NCBI RefSeq assembly: GCF_963921235.1
Contig: NC_086097.1
Span: 26,290,001 to 26,354,000, forward strand
DNA: 64,000 bases
Direction: 5' to 3'
Origin: Mobula hypostoma
Taxonomy: Eukaryota
Shown: positions 63,185 to 64,000 of the stretch, one piece after another
How positions within the stretch are numbered: the first letter of the stretch is position 1
Layout: each line of letters starts with the position of its first letter
Made by a program: the position numbers and the translations under genes
The notes under the pieces: generated by a model
Seen by the model: the letters and a program-made list of their open reading frames with translations, nothing else
Database searches by the model: none
Told to the model about the DNA's origin: nothing

Positions 63185-64000
63185 GCTTTCTCGCCCTCAT
63201 TGGCAGGGTGTTTAGTATAAAAATCAGGAAGCTTTATAACAACTTAGTTAAGACCACATTTGGAGTATTGTTTGCAGTTCCTGGCACCATACCAAAGGAA
63301 GGATGTGGAGGCTTTGGAGATGGTGAAGATATTCACCAGGGTGTTGCCTAGGTTGGAGTGCACCAGTTATAAGGAGTATTGTGTCCAGTTCTGGTCACCT
63401 TGTTGTGGTATAGATGTAGAAGCTTCAGAGAGGGTGCAGGGGAGATTTATCAGGCTGCTGCCTGGATTAGAGAGTGTGTCTTATGAGGATAGATTGAGCG
63501 AGTTAAGGTTTTTTTCCTTTGGAGTGAAGGATGATAGGTGACTTGATAGAGGTGTACAAGATGATACACAATGAGGCATAGATAGATTGGAAAGCCAGAG
63601 ACATTTTCACAGAGCGAAAAGGGCTAATACCAGAGGGCATAATTTTAAGTGACTGGAGGAAAGTCTGAGGGGGACATCAGAGATCATTCGTTTTTTTTAC
63701 ACATAGCGAGTCGTGGGTGCATGGAACATGCTGCCAGGAGTGGAGGAAACCTCAGATATATTAGGGGCACTTAAAATGCTCTTAGATCGGCCATGGACGA
63801 TAGCAGAATGGAGAGTTAAAAGGGAGTAAAGAGTCAGATTGATCGTGGAGTAGGTTTAAAGGTTGGCACAACATCAGGGGCTAAAAGGCTGGGCTGTGAT
63901 GTACTGTTCTATGTTCTTTAAGGAGAGGTTGGACAAACTTGGATTGTTTTCACTGGAGTTTCAGAAGCTGAGGGATAACTATCTTGGAGTATATAAATGA
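63185..64000 (+). mobile_element. CR1 with a second CR1 (63377-63918) nested inside
   Basis: EYC.QF..P...DVEA.E occurs twice; TSD taaggag at 63370-63376 and 63919-63925; the host resumes as ERLDKLGLFSLE. Confidence 0.85.

Noticed and set aside
1..64000. CRISPR array, operon or other prokaryotic system
   Set aside because: No regularly spaced repeats and no dense coding; the content is vertebrate interspersed repeats.

Overview
Repeat-dense, apparently intronic or intergenic vertebrate DNA. The repeat families suggest a cartilaginous fish, probably a ray (inference, not searched). I cannot support any intact host protein-coding gene, tRNA, rRNA or CRISPR array; nearly all ORF-track hits are decayed transposon pieces or noise. 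Contents: many CR1 LINE fragments, Rex1/Babar fragments, RTE, L1 and Tx1 pieces, tRNA-headed V-type SINEs, Penelope-like element (PLE) remnants, one complete but dead IR/DR Tc1 transposon, Tc1, Tigger and hAT MITEs, and a solo LTR. The most notable observations are four. (1) About 200-bp PLE-derived hairpin insertions carry a minimal type-I hammerhead ribozyme core and have long TSDs. (2) An RTE LINE has a complete twin-priming 5' inversion signature. (3) An L1 keeps its 5' end but is cut inside ORF1, has no tail, and is still bounded by a perfect 17-bp TSD. (4) Two bipartite (5' end + 3' end) LINE-derived non-autonomous elements are present. A few repeat-free islands carry motif clusters and minus-strand splice signals that may belong to a large minus-strand host gene. 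Family names come from recognising motifs by eye. Boundaries are approximate unless a TSD or TIR is quoted.
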